Of a DNA stretch of 64,000 nucleotides, positions 52,873 through 63,245 are shown piece by piece. Position 1 is the first letter of the stretch. Each line of letters starts with the position of its first letter. Under the pieces are notes generated by a model. It had not been told where the DNA came from, did no database searches, and was given only the letters and a program-made list of their open reading frames with translations. Source of the stretch: a virus (lineage: Duplodnaviria > Caudoviricetes); the IMG/VR virus record IMGVR_UViG_3300021167_000382, positions 146,130 to 210,129 of that record, one strand, 5' to 3'. Both the position numbers and the translations under genes were made by a program.

Positions 52873-53748
52873 TTATGAAGGGTGCGTTTCGTCATTACCT
52901 TCATGTAACGGGCGTGTTGGTTCAACATGTTGAATCTCCTCAAGGTAGTCCGTAATACCAATGGACTCCTCTATAACGGTTAGGATGGACTTAAATCGTC
53001 CGTAATTTTTGATCACCCATTCGCAGGACTGGTGTTTTTCCATATCCATGGCTTGAGTGTAAGTCATCAAGAAGAGCAATGCTCCTCGGTTAAAAGGGAT
53101 ACCCGCTTTTTCCCAATCACGGATATACTGATAGCACTTATCCCCATGTGCAGCGATGTCCCCCAGTTCAAGTATGCAGGTCGGTTCAATGAACTTGACC
53201 ATCTTGGAAAAGATCGGAAGAACCATATCCAGATACCGATAGTGGCGAAGATGGAAAGCGGCGCTACCTGCTTCCAAGAATGCATCCCGGAGAAGTGCAT
53301 TCGTTTTCCGGTATCCGCCACCTTCCATAACAGCGATGTGGTGAACTCCACTTTCTCGATATCGAACAACCTCCTGACCGTTCAGCACATAAAGTGCGTT
53401 CTCAGTACGAATACCTCGGACAGAAATATCCTTCGCAGAGAAGCCGAAGATAGCACCGCCTTTCTCCAACTCGAAAGCATAGCCTGCCTTCGTCGACTTG
53501 AAGAAATCAACAATCGTCTTCACATTCTTAGGAAGATCACCGACTTCCAAGAAAACACAGTTCTTCAAACTCGGCCAGTGAAAGAGATCCGTGTAATCAA
53601 AGACCTCGAGATGATCCACTTCCACAGAGTGTCCTTCGTAATTAATAGTGGGCATGTTAACTCCTAAATTGAGATATCGTAAGACCGCAGCTCTTTGATA
53701 GCTGCGGTGTATAGAAATGATTGATGTTCCAGGGTTAGTCGGCCACAA
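52873..53748 (-). CDS. Hypothetical protein (true start probably at 53655, MPTIN)
   Basis: AGGAG RBS precedes the internal ATG. Confidence 0.6.
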   Translation of the reverse strand: MWPTNPGTSIISIHRSYQRAAVLRYLNLGVNMPTINYEGHSVEVDHLEVFDYTDLFHWPSLKNCVFLEVGDLPKNVKTIVDFFKSTKAGYAFELEKGGAIFGFSAKDISVRGIRTENALYVLNGQEVVRYRESGVHHIAVMEGGGYRKTNALLRDAFLEAGSAAFHLRHYRYLDMVLPIFSKMVKFIEPTCILELGDIAAHGDKCYQYIRDWEKAGIPFNRGALLFLMTYTQAMDMEKHQSCEWVIKNYGRFKSILTVIEESIGITDYLEEIQHVEPTRPLHEGNDETHPS

Positions 53749-53969
53749 GTGGTAAAGCCTAGTGTACCTGGAAGAAATACGCCGTCCTTATCACGAATAC
53801 GTGCATAGGAGATTTCTTTTTCTCCTATGCAGTACATCACGACAGTGAGACAGTCTGAATGGATGAAGTCACTGGCATTTGACGGAGTTTGAATCAAGCC
53901 ACCCTGGAGCCTGAGCTGTAACATCATCCGTTTCAGTTTTCGCATTGAGAGTTTTTCCAATTGAAACAA
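53664..53969 (-). CDS. Hypothetical protein
   Basis: 101-aa ORF with AGGAG RBS. Confidence 0.5.
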   Translation of the reverse strand: MFQLEKLSMRKLKRMMLQLRLQGGLIQTPSNASDFIHSDCLTVVMYCIGEKEISYARIRDKDGVFLPGTLGFTTCGRLTLEHQSFLYTAAIKELRSYDISI

Positions 53970-53980
53970 TGCTCCTTAAG

Positions 53981-54493
53981 CTACCACCAGCGTTTTGCAA
54001 TGAATTCAGCCACTGCTTCAACCGTTGGGAAAGGGGTTTCGAAAAAGTCAGTCTCTCGAGTATAGCGAACAACCCATCTGTTCTTCTCACGCCATACACG
54101 GCAGTATTTTAAATTCGCCACGAATCGGCCATTGACCAGGTCGAGCTTACTGCAGATCTCAGCAAGAATGGAAATATGAGACTTCAGAACTGCAGGATGG
54201 ACCTCTTCTTTAGAGGGCTGTTCATCCTGCTTCTGCGTTGAAGATTGCTCCGCCTTTTCCTTATGCTCGGTAATCCGCCGGTCAAACGCAGACTTCACCA
54301 CTTTCTTGAATTCTTCTGGAATATAAGCCGGCCAGCGATAGTTATTCAAGTACTCGAGCTCATTGCGATCCAGCTGGTAGATAGGTTGAAATGAACGGTC
54401 GCTGTTGCCGCTACGGATACACCATCCGAAAATCATATCCTTAGCGATCTGCAAGCAACCACGGTTATCGTTGACTTCATAAGTAGTAGCCAT
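53981..54493 (-). CDS. Hypothetical protein
   Basis: 170-aa ORF after the promoter motif at 54545. Confidence 0.65.
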   Translation of the reverse strand: MATTYEVNDNRGCLQIAKDMIFGWCIRSGNSDRSFQPIYQLDRNELEYLNNYRWPAYIPEEFKKVVKSAFDRRITEHKEKAEQSSTQKQDEQPSKEEVHPAVLKSHISILAEICSKLDLVNGRFVANLKYCRVWREKNRWVVRYTRETDFFETPFPTVEAVAEFIAKRWW

Positions 54494-54630
54494 CTTAAAT
54501 CTCCTGATAAGTAATAAAGGATACTGAATGTATCCAGGGACATGTTAGATGTACATGAGTGAAAGTTTTTACGTGCGTATAAAAGAAAAACAGACTACAC
54601 AGAGGAGGGCGTCTGCCCTCCTCTGTGTGA

Positions 54631-54879
54631 TCATCTAGCCATTCCTACTGCAAGCGCACTAACGAGCAATGCTCGAGCTCTCTTTCTTCGTTCATACTCA
54701 GCGAGTTGTTCAGCGTGAATGCGTTCCTGTTCTTCGACTGGAAGTGCTTCAAAAGTTTCCTGTTCCCTCAATTCACGTTCACGTTTCTGCTTTTCAGCCA
54801 TGATCCGTGCGAGTTCAACAGCTTCCTGTGCTTGTCTGACCCGGTCCATCTTAGACCCTCTTCGTTTCGCTTCACCCAT
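54631..54879 (-). CDS. Small MGEAKRR-type hypothetical protein
   Basis: 82 aa starting MGEAKRRG. Confidence 0.6.
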   Translation of the reverse strand: MGEAKRRGSKMDRVRQAQEAVELARIMAEKQKRERELREQETFEALPVEEQERIHAEQLAEYERRKRARALLVSALAVGMAR

Positions 54880-55361
54880 TATTTCCTTCTTTCCACAATG
54901 TAGAAATGACGAGAACCGATCACTATATTGTTCAACAGTGTTGGTTCTATCGTTAAACGATAAATACCGTTCATTAGTTTTTTGATCAAGGCCTTTGAGG
55001 TTGAACTAGGTAATACCTCAATAGTAAAGACCGCACGATTGTCCAGTATCTGCTTCACTGCCTTGACGATAGCAACCGCACGACCATTAAGAACGAGAAG
55101 GTGATCCCTGGTGGTCAGAGTGTGATTCGTGTTATTTAGAAAAGCCTCCGCGTTGACACGGATGTCGCGTACATTAATAGACTCTCCAAATACACTAGAG
55201 ATCACATCAATGAAAATAGGCTCTGTTGATCCAAGATCATCCTGATCAAGTTTCTTGAATGCGAAGTAAATGAACCCTGCAACGATGATCGATGCAACTA
55301 ACGTGATGAAGATTAAAAGGAGACTGGGGCTGTTGTAAATGTTATTCAGACCAGCGAGCAT
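54879..55361 (-). CDS. Hypothetical membrane-anchored protein
   Basis: N-terminal TM. Confidence 0.55.
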   Translation of the reverse strand: MLAGLNNIYNSPSLLLIFITLVASIIVAGFIYFAFKKLDQDDLGSTEPIFIDVISSVFGESINVRDIRVNAEAFLNNTNHTLTTRDHLLVLNGRAVAIVKAVKQILDNRAVFTIEVLPSSTSKALIKKLMNGIYRLTIEPTLLNNIVIGSRHFYIVERRK

Positions 55362-55401
55362 GATGTGCCTTTAGAAATGATAGATCCAAAGGATTCTGAT
55401 G

Positions 55402-55914
55402 TTAGGGTTTAAAATCAAATTCCTCGAAATTAAACAGTTCATTAGGTTTACAGACTCTAACGCCAGTATAGCATTCCCGATAATTGCCAGTGGTCTCATA
55501 GATAACGCCATTTTTCATGAGGAAGCTGTGGAGGTGCCAGTCTGAACTTACTGAATCGTCCGACCCACAGAACCCTAGCCAGTATTCAAAAGTAAGATCT
55601 TGCTGATAGTAATGCCAGCAGGCTGGATGACAGTTTCCAGGGTAAAGCTTCGGAAACTCTTCAACTTTGATGGATTGATCAAATACACGGATCTCCTTCT
55701 CACGTTCAGCTAGAAAGAAAACAACCGTATCCCAAATGTAATCAAGTCGGGTGACACCGTCTTCCCACTGAAGAAAAGGAATTCGGTTAAGAATAAGCAA
55801 GTAGGCTTTTAGAAGTTTACGGTTTCCAGCGGCTTGCTTAACTAGTTTTGCTTTTGCATTCTTTAAATGGGTAAAGTGTGTCCAGCTTCTGATGATCTCA
55901 TAAATTGCATTCAT
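55402..55914 (-). CDS. Hypothetical protein
   Basis: 170 aa; GNCH...W..HSF..YETT pattern. Confidence 0.55.
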   Translation of the reverse strand: MNAIYEIIRSWTHFTHLKNAKAKLVKQAAGNRKLLKAYLLILNRIPFLQWEDGVTRLDYIWDTVVFFLAEREKEIRVFDQSIKVEEFPKLYPGNCHPACWHYYQQDLTFEYWLGFCGSDDSVSSDWHLHSFLMKNGVIYETTGNYRECYTGVRVCKPNELFNFEEFDFKP

Positions 55915-55992
55915 AGCTACCCTTGTATTATTAGTTACCTAAAAGAAAATGAATACTAGGAGCAGGGATTCCCCTGCTCCTAGTGTCATCAA

Positions 55993-56421
55993 TTAGATCG
56001 TTAGTTCATCGATCAGTTCGGTCGGCAGCAGTGCTGTTTTACCTTCAGCCACATAGAGATGCTGAGCATAAGCTCGCAGGTCACTCATCAGTAACCGTGT
56101 CTCTTTCAAATGACTGCGAAGAATCCAAACGTCGATTTCATCAATATTACCAGAGTACTTACCAGTGATGATCACCCGGTATTTATCCTGGTGGTCATGA
56201 CGACCTAGATCATTCACCCAGTTCAACGCATCCATCAATATAAGCATGGTGTTACGCTGGCGAATAAAGGTTTCAGTCGTTGGATCAAAAGGACCGCAGT
56301 CTTCAATAAACTGACATGCTTGTTTATAGAGCATGAGCGCTTCGTCGTACGTTAGCTTACCTGTTCGTTTCTGAATGACTCTAAGTTGAAGCTCTGCTTG
56401 ATTTTTATCTGTAATAAACAC
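55993..56421 (-). CDS. Hypothetical protein
   Basis: 142-aa ORF. Confidence 0.55.
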   Translation of the reverse strand: MFITDKNQAELQLRVIQKRTGKLTYDEALMLYKQACQFIEDCGPFDPTTETFIRQRNTMLILMDALNWVNDLGRHDHQDKYRVIITGKYSGNIDEIDVWILRSHLKETRLLMSDLRAYAQHLYVAEGKTALLPTELIDELTI

Positions 56422-56904
56422 GACTTAGCCTCTTAAACACGTTGTCCGGCCTGGTGGCGGTAGAAGAAGAGACTAGAGGAATTCTAATCTCAGAAAAGGG
56501 ATATTGCTTTTATTGCTGAAAGAGAGCTAGGGATATCCCTAGCTCTCTTAATATTTCACCACCGTCTTCTCTGTTTCCGGAGAAGAGTAATCTATATCGC
56601 CCCAGTGGGAGGCGTATAGTGGTATTCTGATTTCCAATGCTTCCCGCAGCGGGTTCCCTAGTCGCGAGCCGATCGCGGAAATGGCGGCCTGAGGAGGCGG
56701 CCTACGGCGTGACTGGCGACAGATAGATCGGCGGGCATATCGAGAATAGCCGGCCGTAAGGGTAACGGGACAGAGCATAGGGGTTCTGTTTTAGGAAATA
56801 AGGACCATAACACTGACATCCAGACGAGGGGAATCGTCTATCAGGTTACAAATGACAACCGTACACCAACCCCGACGGTCGATGCTTAGGTTTCAAATCT
56901 TGTT

Positions 56905-57363
56905 TCATACCATTATTCTCAATGGAATAATATTTCTGATGGCTTGTGCACGATGCTCGCCGTCTTGTGTACCGTCCCGCACCATACCTGCAGCGATCAC
57001 GGGTTCATACCAATCAAAAGCCATCGCATCACCTTCGCAGTTATGCTTAGCGTAATCGCGATCCTTATAACAAGCAGTCACGTAAACCGTCTGATCACCG
57101 CAGTAGTGAACCTCAGTAAGTAACTCTACGCCTTCGATGGGTCGGATCGGTCCACGATGGACTTCGCAAACCATATCAATCTTGATGCCGACTTCCTCCA
57201 AGCATTCCTTGTAGGCGGCCTTAGCGATGGTCTCATCTTCTTCGATGCCACCACCTGGAAATACGTACTGGATACCTTCCGGTTTAACCCACTCTGCCAG
57301 AAGAACTTTCTTAGTGTCTCGATGATAGATGAGAACCTCGACACGATTACGGATCTTCTTCAT
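56905..57363 (-). CDS. Nudix hydrolase
   Basis: PGGGIEEDETIAKAAYKECLEEVG Nudix box. Confidence 0.9.
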   Translation of the reverse strand: MKKIRNRVEVLIYHRDTKKVLLAEWVKPEGIQYVFPGGGIEEDETIAKAAYKECLEEVGIKIDMVCEVHRGPIRPIEGVELLTEVHYCGDQTVYVTACYKDRDYAKHNCEGDAMAFDWYEPVIAAGMVRDGTQDGEHRAQAIRNIIPLRIMV

Positions 57364-57372
57364 GAAGGGCTC

Positions 57373-57570
57373 CTAGGGCTGACTAGTGCGTTGGAAAGTT
57401 CTGCGTTGACTGGGACGTGTAATGATACGATGCGCTACTTCAAAAGGAATGTTCTCACCGACACAAACTTCTACAGCGGCTTTATGATCACCGCGGTCAG
57501 CGATACGTGCTACGATGTCCAGGAGTTTACGAGTCAGATGGTCTTTACGACGTTTGTTGGGATGGGTCAT
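57373..57570 (-). CDS. Small basic hypothetical protein
   Basis: 65-aa ORF. Confidence 0.5.
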   Translation of the reverse strand: MTHPNKRRKDHLTRKLLDIVARIADRGDHKAAVEVCVGENIPFEVAHRIITRPSQRRTFQRTSQP

Positions 57571-57760
57571 AGTTTATATTTCAAATCAGAACGGGAAGCG
57601 GTCAACTTGAACTAAGTCACGGGTATTCGATATGCAGTTTACATCAACCTAACCGTATGGAGAGAGACAGACGTAACCAAGGGAGAGAAGTCACGCCATG
57701 CATAGGATATTCACTTAAGATATACAGGACCATGATCCTTTAAGTACAGGTTCCGGTTGC

Positions 57761-58729
57761 TTAACTCTTCATCTCAACTGAAATTGCTGGATGGTGTTTG
57801 TAATCCACTAACTGAAAATCATCAGCCGTCCATTTATTCAACCAAGATGGGTCAAAAACGCCTGTCTCAGAGAACTTCGGGATACGGTCACTGATTTTAA
57901 GCTGCGGTAGAGGATATGGCTCACGACAGAGCATTTCATTCGCCATGATGAGCTGGTTCTCATAGAGATGCGCATCGCCGATCATGTATGTTAATTTATA
58001 AGGCTCATAGCCTGTCAGATGTGCAAACAGATGAAGCAGGAAAGCAGATTCCACAATGTTGAAAGGTGCACCCAGGCCAATATCATTGCTGCGGATGTAC
58101 ATGTTCAAGCTCAGACGTTTCCGAGGAACATCAACACCAAACTGATAAAGAAGATGGCAAGGTGGAAGTGCCATTGCATCAAGCTCAGCAGGATTCCAAC
58201 CATGGAAAAGAATTCGGCGTGATGTCGGTGTTTCATGGATTGCTTTCAGCGCGTCCATCATCATGTCGATATTCTTGCTATAGAGGAAATAAGTTCCTGC
58301 ATCATCAACAACGTCGTCAAGAAATTCATAGCCTGATTTCTCAGCTTGCATCCAAGCTAATTTATCCTTAGCATTGATTTTCTTAAAAGCTTTCCAGTTA
58401 CGCCATTGCTCGCCATACACTGAACCAAGATCATCCGCACCAGCACGGTAAGGATTACCTAGCCAACTAGGTTCTTCATTGGCATTCTTGTCCCAGATCC
58501 CAACGCCAATGGAACGAAATTGTTCAGCAGATGTAAAGCCATGGGTGAAGCCATACATTTCCTTAATAGCTGTTTTCCAGTAGGTCTGTTTGACCGTTGG
58601 AATCGGGAAGCCATCCTTCATATAGAAAGTCATGGTGTGGCCGAAGATATTCAACGTTCGACCATTGCGCCCTTCACACCAGGAACCCTCTTCTAGAATG
58701 GTACTGATGAGGCTCTTATACTGCTGCAT
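57761..58729 (-). CDS. thyA: Thymidylate synthase
   Basis: DLGSVYGEQWR, SRR, WNP, MALPPCH, IRSNDIGLGAPFN, GDAHLYENQ. Confidence 0.96.
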   Translation of the reverse strand: MQQYKSLISTILEEGSWCEGRNGRTLNIFGHTMTFYMKDGFPIPTVKQTYWKTAIKEMYGFTHGFTSAEQFRSIGVGIWDKNANEEPSWLGNPYRAGADDLGSVYGEQWRNWKAFKKINAKDKLAWMQAEKSGYEFLDDVVDDAGTYFLYSKNIDMMMDALKAIHETPTSRRILFHGWNPAELDAMALPPCHLLYQFGVDVPRKRLSLNMYIRSNDIGLGAPFNIVESAFLLHLFAHLTGYEPYKLTYMIGDAHLYENQLIMANEMLCREPYPLPQLKISDRIPKFSETGVFDPSWLNKWTADDFQLVDYKHHPAISVEMKS

Positions 58730-58923
58730 AGCGTTCTTTCAGTTACCTTCTTGCTCATCGAAATCTTTTTCATCATCCTGGTTCGGGTCCGGATGGTCGT
58801 AGTCGCGATCACAATTCAGTAGGGTGTTCATGATATTCTCCAGGGTAGGTTGTTACAATTAATATAGCTCTGTGAAACTAAAACTTGTGATGTTTAAAAT
58901 TCATTGGTTAGTGAATAGGAGGA

Positions 58924-59109
58924 ATGGTGATGCCGTCTAAATCACAGAAACAACATGACTTCATGGTCATCGCTTGTAAAGATGCAGAGTTTGCTGAGAA
59001 GAACGGAATTCAACAAGAGGTAGCCTGTCATTTTATCGCAGAGGATAAAGATAAGGGACTTTGGCAGAAAAGTCCTAAATTGGATAAAAAGATATACTAT
59101 AAATGGTGA
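58924..59109 (+). CDS. Small protein (MPSKSQKQH family) ending IYYKW
   Basis: 61-aa ORF with AGGAGG RBS. Confidence 0.7.
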   Translation: MVMPSKSQKQHDFMVIACKDAEFAEKNGIQQEVACHFIAEDKDKGLWQKSPKLDKKIYYKW

Positions 59110-59179
59110 ATTTCATATAGATACATCGCATTGCGATGTATCTATATATAGTATGACCGTTTGTAAATAAGGACATAAT

Positions 59180-59932
59180 ATGAAATTTATTGATTTAGCG
59201 GGGTTAGTTTTTGGCAGACTACGAGTAATGAAAAGGGTTTATAGAGAAGATATATCTCCGAAAAAGGTTTACTGGGGATGTATCTGTAAATGTGGGAATA
59301 CTGTAACTGTGACCACCGGTGCACTTCGGTCAGGTTTAACTAGAAGTTGTGGTTGTTTAAAAAATGAAAATGCGTCTACTATTAATTTCAAGCATGGTGG
59401 CCGAGGTACTGAAGAATACCATGCTTGGTGTGATATGAAAACAAGATGCCTTAATCCTAATTTTAAAGATTATAAGTACTACGGTGGTCGTGGTATTAAA
59501 ATATGTGAAAAATGGATTGACTCATTTGAAAATTTCATTAACGATATGGGATTAAAACCTGGACACAACTATAGCCTTGATCGAAAAGACACAAATAAAG
59601 ATTATGAACCTGAAAATTGCAAATGGTCTACCTATAAAGAACAGTGTAGGAATAGAAGAAATAATTTACTCATCGACTTCAACGGTAAAACTATAACTCT
59701 GGCTGAATTATCTGAAAAGACAGGACTTGACTGGCATCTCTTGAGATATCGAATAATTGATAAATCTATGTCTGTTGAAGAGGCAGTCACTATGCGAATT
59801 GGGCCAGCTCTTTATAATTTCAAAGATAAAGAAAGAACACTTAGTGAAATTTCCAAAATAACAGGAATCAACTATCGAACACTTCTTTATAATGTTAGAA
59901 AATACGGGGACAAATATATTGAACAATTATAA
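59180..59932 (+). CDS. Free-standing HNH homing endonuclease
   Basis: DLAGLVFGRL, W.C.CKCG, SCGC, W..MK.RC, YGGRGI, SLDRKDTNKDYEPENCKW; AT-rich relative to flanks. Confidence 0.9.
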   Translation: MKFIDLAGLVFGRLRVMKRVYREDISPKKVYWGCICKCGNTVTVTTGALRSGLTRSCGCLKNENASTINFKHGGRGTEEYHAWCDMKTRCLNPNFKDYKYYGGRGIKICEKWIDSFENFINDMGLKPGHNYSLDRKDTNKDYEPENCKWSTYKEQCRNRRNNLLIDFNGKTITLAELSEKTGLDWHLLRYRIIDKSMSVEEAVTMRIGPALYNFKDKERTLSEISKITGINYRTLLYNVRKYGDKYIEQL

Positions 59933-60011
59933 ATTTGTCCAGGCTGATAAAGAGGAAGGTCTCTGGCAGAAAAAGAAGAAAGATGCTGCTATTTATAAGA
60001 AATGGAAATAA
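59931..60011 (+). pseudogene. Displaced 3' end of the 58924..59109 gene
   Basis: Reads KFVQADKEEGLWQKKKKDAAIYKKWK*, paralleling HFIAEDKDKGLWQKSPKLDKKIYYKW*. Confidence 0.75.
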
Positions 60012-60065
60012 CTGACTGACAGAGAGGCAGGCTGACGCCTGCCTCTCTGTTCAATTCACAGGCAA

Positions 60066-60659
60066 CTACTTTTCAACCTTCAATAGTAGTTCAAACAAAG
60101 TATTGATATTACTTGCTGCTTGGAAGATGGTCTTAGCGTCATGCTCGCCGTAGAAAGCGGTGAAGAAAATGATACCGAAGAACATCACGAACATCAATCC
60201 AAGCATCAGCTTCACCAACCACTGACGAAGTTTCTTTTGCTCTTCGGGTGTAGAGGTGGTGATGTAGTCTCGTTCAGCACGGACATCAACCGGATTGATA
60301 CGAACTTCACGTTTCGTATTCCCAGCATCACAGGTGGCATTGATATCGATTTCGCCTTGAAGAATGATTTCCTCAAGGCCTTCCTGTGCGTAAGCGATCT
60401 GCTTTTCCCAAAGCGCCTCGAGGCTCTTACGAAGAAAGGTACGGCGGTCGTCGATGTGAAGTCCGTTGAATACGGGTAGCGCGTTGTCTGGAAGGTTGCC
60501 GTTGTACTCTTCATCGGCCTGATTCTGCATAGTTTCCAGAATCTGGTTTAAGGAGAGTCTTGGACGTCTAGTTGCCCGACGATCCCGTGCTTTGGTCGTT
60601 GTTTTTTCCGCCATCATCTGCCTCATAAGGAATACAGTACCGCTTGAAGAAGTTGTCAA
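60066..60659 (-). CDS. Membrane protein
   Basis: C-terminal TM helix. Confidence 0.6.
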   Translation of the reverse strand: MTTSSSGTVFLMRQMMAEKTTTKARDRRATRRPRLSLNQILETMQNQADEEYNGNLPDNALPVFNGLHIDDRRTFLRKSLEALWEKQIAYAQEGLEEIILQGEIDINATCDAGNTKREVRINPVDVRAERDYITTSTPEEQKKLRQWLVKLMLGLMFVMFFGIIFFTAFYGEHDAKTIFQAASNINTLFELLLKVEK

Positions 60660-61254
60660 TCGCAGCGCGTTCTTCAGAATGTTTGGTCACCATGGACACC
60701 ACTTGCCCAATGTCGAGAGGGAGGCAGTCGAACTTAATCTCGAACTTCGCTACATCAACTTCCTCGTAGCTTTCCTTAAGCATCTTAATGATGTCTTGGA
60801 CTTCAATGTCGACCTTAGCCCATTTCGACTTGCTACCAGTCTTATCAATGAAGACATCCAATTCGAAATGAACAGGAGTAAGCTTGATTTCTGTACCTTG
60901 GTAATTCATCACCGCATTGGTGGTTACGAAGGTATGGCGAATTTTATGCTGACCATCAGCACGGTAGACATGACGCCATGCTTTAAAGAAGGCTTCATTG
61001 ATTTCCGTGTTAGACTCCATATCACCTAACATAGATGAAGGGTCGTTAGGTGTCTTGATGGTTTCGGTGTAGGTGGTTTCATTATTCGCAGTGGTTTTAC
61101 GAATACGAATCTTACCGCGTCGAACGCCGCCTTCCGCAGGAGGAAGCTTATATTCATACTGTTCATGAATCTCAACAGCAGAAGCTTCCGCATAGCCTTC
61201 AGGCCGACGTACTTCGACCATATAGCAGAGTTCAATTTCATTAGAAGACGACAT
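60568..61254 (-). CDS. CYTH-like domain protein
   Basis: EIE, RIRK, ETIK, KIRH, ELDVF and DIEV motif order. Confidence 0.65.
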   Translation of the reverse strand: MSSSNEIELCYMVEVRRPEGYAEASAVEIHEQYEYKLPPAEGGVRRGKIRIRKTTANNETTYTETIKTPNDPSSMLGDMESNTEINEAFFKAWRHVYRADGQHKIRHTFVTTNAVMNYQGTEIKLTPVHFELDVFIDKTGSKSKWAKVDIEVQDIIKMLKESYEEVDVAKFEIKFDCLPLDIGQVVSMVTKHSEERAAIDNFFKRYCIPYEADDGGKNNDQSTGSSGN

Positions 61255-61538
61255 CGCTTCTCCTTTTAAAGAATTTGTCAGATAGCCAAGGTTAGCTTTT
61301 CAGTATCATTGAATTGACAAATGCGTGATTTATAGTCCATGTATCATCAGGTTATCTATGCTACAGCACAGATAATGCAGTAACGTGGGCAAATGTTTCT
61401 TTGAGTGGCTATGACTTCACTCCTATTAAGAACGTTCTTCTTTCGTAATGCTACATGGAGCTGGGTTTCCCAGCTCCGTGTAGTTGCTCAGCAGAGATTA
61501 TGTGGTTGTTTAATTCAACAATAACAGAAGATTTAAAA

Positions 61539-61845
61539 ATGCGGAAAATGATAAGGTTAGCGGCTCGTAAGAAACTCGCATCACTCAGTGCTGTACTCTA
61601 TGCTTTTTCTGGTTATAGGGATGGCGGCTATAAGACTGATGATTTTTTTGTCCTATAGCAGATTTGGTAGGGAACCAGCTACTTGGTATACACCCTACGA
61701 CTCGATTGTAGTCAATGGAAAGATCACAGTAGTTGGTTCAGGTGACGGTTATGTAACTGAAATCTGGAATAGCGATGACGGTGTGACTTGGACACAAAGC
61801 TCTGCAGGTTCTGGGTTGAGTATTTCCTCTTCCATCTTAACTTAA
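61539..61845 (+). pseudogene. Frameshifted, truncated beta-propeller paralogue
   Basis: MRKMIRLAARKK... joins YDSIVVNGKIT...IWNSDDG only if one T is removed from the T7 run at 61643-61649. Confidence 0.65.
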
Positions 61846-61932
61846 AATTACTTAAGATATCATAGATACAAGGTGGCGAAAACGCCACCCTGTACCTTAT
61901 TTTAAAGAATCATCTGGGTATCTTCTTCGAAC

Positions 61933-62850
61933 TTGTCGGGAGTTAAAATGAAACATATGTCAAGAATTGGTCGAGTTAGACCTACTGCTAAACTTTCAAT
62001 GACGATGTATGGATTTAAGCAGTGGGGTGGCGGTTGGGTTAGGAAGAAAGACGATGAGTCATTCGCTTATGGAATAGGTTGCGGCTACAATGTCAACGAT
62101 GTAATTCATGTTGATGGGAAAATCACAACAGTTGGCTACAATGGTGAAGATACAGATATCTGGAATAGCACTGATGGTGGTTCTACATGGATCAAGGTTC
62201 CTAGTGTTGGCGTGATGGACCTTCGTAGTATTGCCTATGGTCTTGGATGCTATGTCGCTATTTCACAAGGTGGCAACATTCTCTATAGTACAGATGCGGT
62301 TGATTGGATTTACGCAGCTAATCCCTTCGGTGCCGCTTTGTCTGGTAGAGTAACCTCAGTTTGTTTTGGTAATAACAGATTCATTGCGATCGGACTTGAC
62401 GATAAATCCATGGTTAGCTATGATGGCTTGAATTGGCAAGTACTGACGCAGTACCAAGCGCTCGGTCGGATTAGCTATGTAAATGGTAGGTGGTTTGGGT
62501 CCGGAATTCCTGGTGGTTATAAGTTCTTTAGCTCTGACGGTAACTACTGGGTTAGTAATGGTAAGTGGGGGACGGGCGTCACTACTACAGATGTTGTTTA
62601 CCATAATGGGTACTATTTCATGGTTGCTACAAATGGTTGGGTGTACCGTGGCACTGATGGAATTAGCTGGGGAACTGTTGGTGGTAAGCTTAATGGTGGC
62701 GCGCTGATATCAAAACTTGTCAGTAAAAACGGTCGTCTTTTATATGGTAACTCCGCTGGTTATCTTTCTTATAGTGACGACAACGGCTTGACTTGGGTTC
62801 AGCAGTACTTCGGTGCAGGGCAGATTATGAGTGCCGTGTTGATTGTTTAA
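61933..62850 (+). CDS. Asp-box (BNR) beta-propeller virion/receptor-binding-like protein
   Basis: Repeated SxDGxxW motifs. Confidence 0.75.
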   Translation: MSGVKMKHMSRIGRVRPTAKLSMTMYGFKQWGGGWVRKKDDESFAYGIGCGYNVNDVIHVDGKITTVGYNGEDTDIWNSTDGGSTWIKVPSVGVMDLRSIAYGLGCYVAISQGGNILYSTDAVDWIYAANPFGAALSGRVTSVCFGNNRFIAIGLDDKSMVSYDGLNWQVLTQYQALGRISYVNGRWFGSGIPGGYKFFSSDGNYWVSNGKWGTGVTTTDVVYHNGYYFMVATNGWVYRGTDGISWGTVGGKLNGGALISKLVSKNGRLLYGNSAGYLSYSDDNGLTWVQQYFGAGQIMSAVLIV

Positions 62851-62901
62851 TTAGCTATATACAGCTTAAAGGAAAAGACATCTAAGATATACATCAAGGG
62901 T

Positions 62902-63141
62902 TTGAACATTGCATTCTTCGCCGGGAATGGTTATGTTGTCTTCAGTACTGATGGCGGACTGACTTGGAGTCCGCGTTATCTGAACTCGACACATAACTGG
63001 ACCGCTGGTTTAATGTTGTGATTATTTTTCAAATAACTGACTAAGGAATTTTCAATGAGGCGAGTTGCTCGATTGGCTTCTAGAACAAAATTATCAAACC
63101 TTCTTGCAAATGCAGGTGATGGTAGTTTAATACTGATTTAA
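62902..63141 (+). pseudogene. Remnants of further paralogues (C-terminal 62902-63021; N-terminal 63055-63141)
   Basis: VFSTDGGLTW...AGLML* and MRRVARLASRTKLS...LI*. Confidence 0.55.
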
Positions 63142-63245
63142 TTTGATTATCGTAAAGCTACGACTGGGTCTGATAGACCCAGTCGTAGTATTTTTCACCA
63201 GTGATCATGTGGTAATCTCTCTCTCTCTCTAATGGGGGTTTTAAA

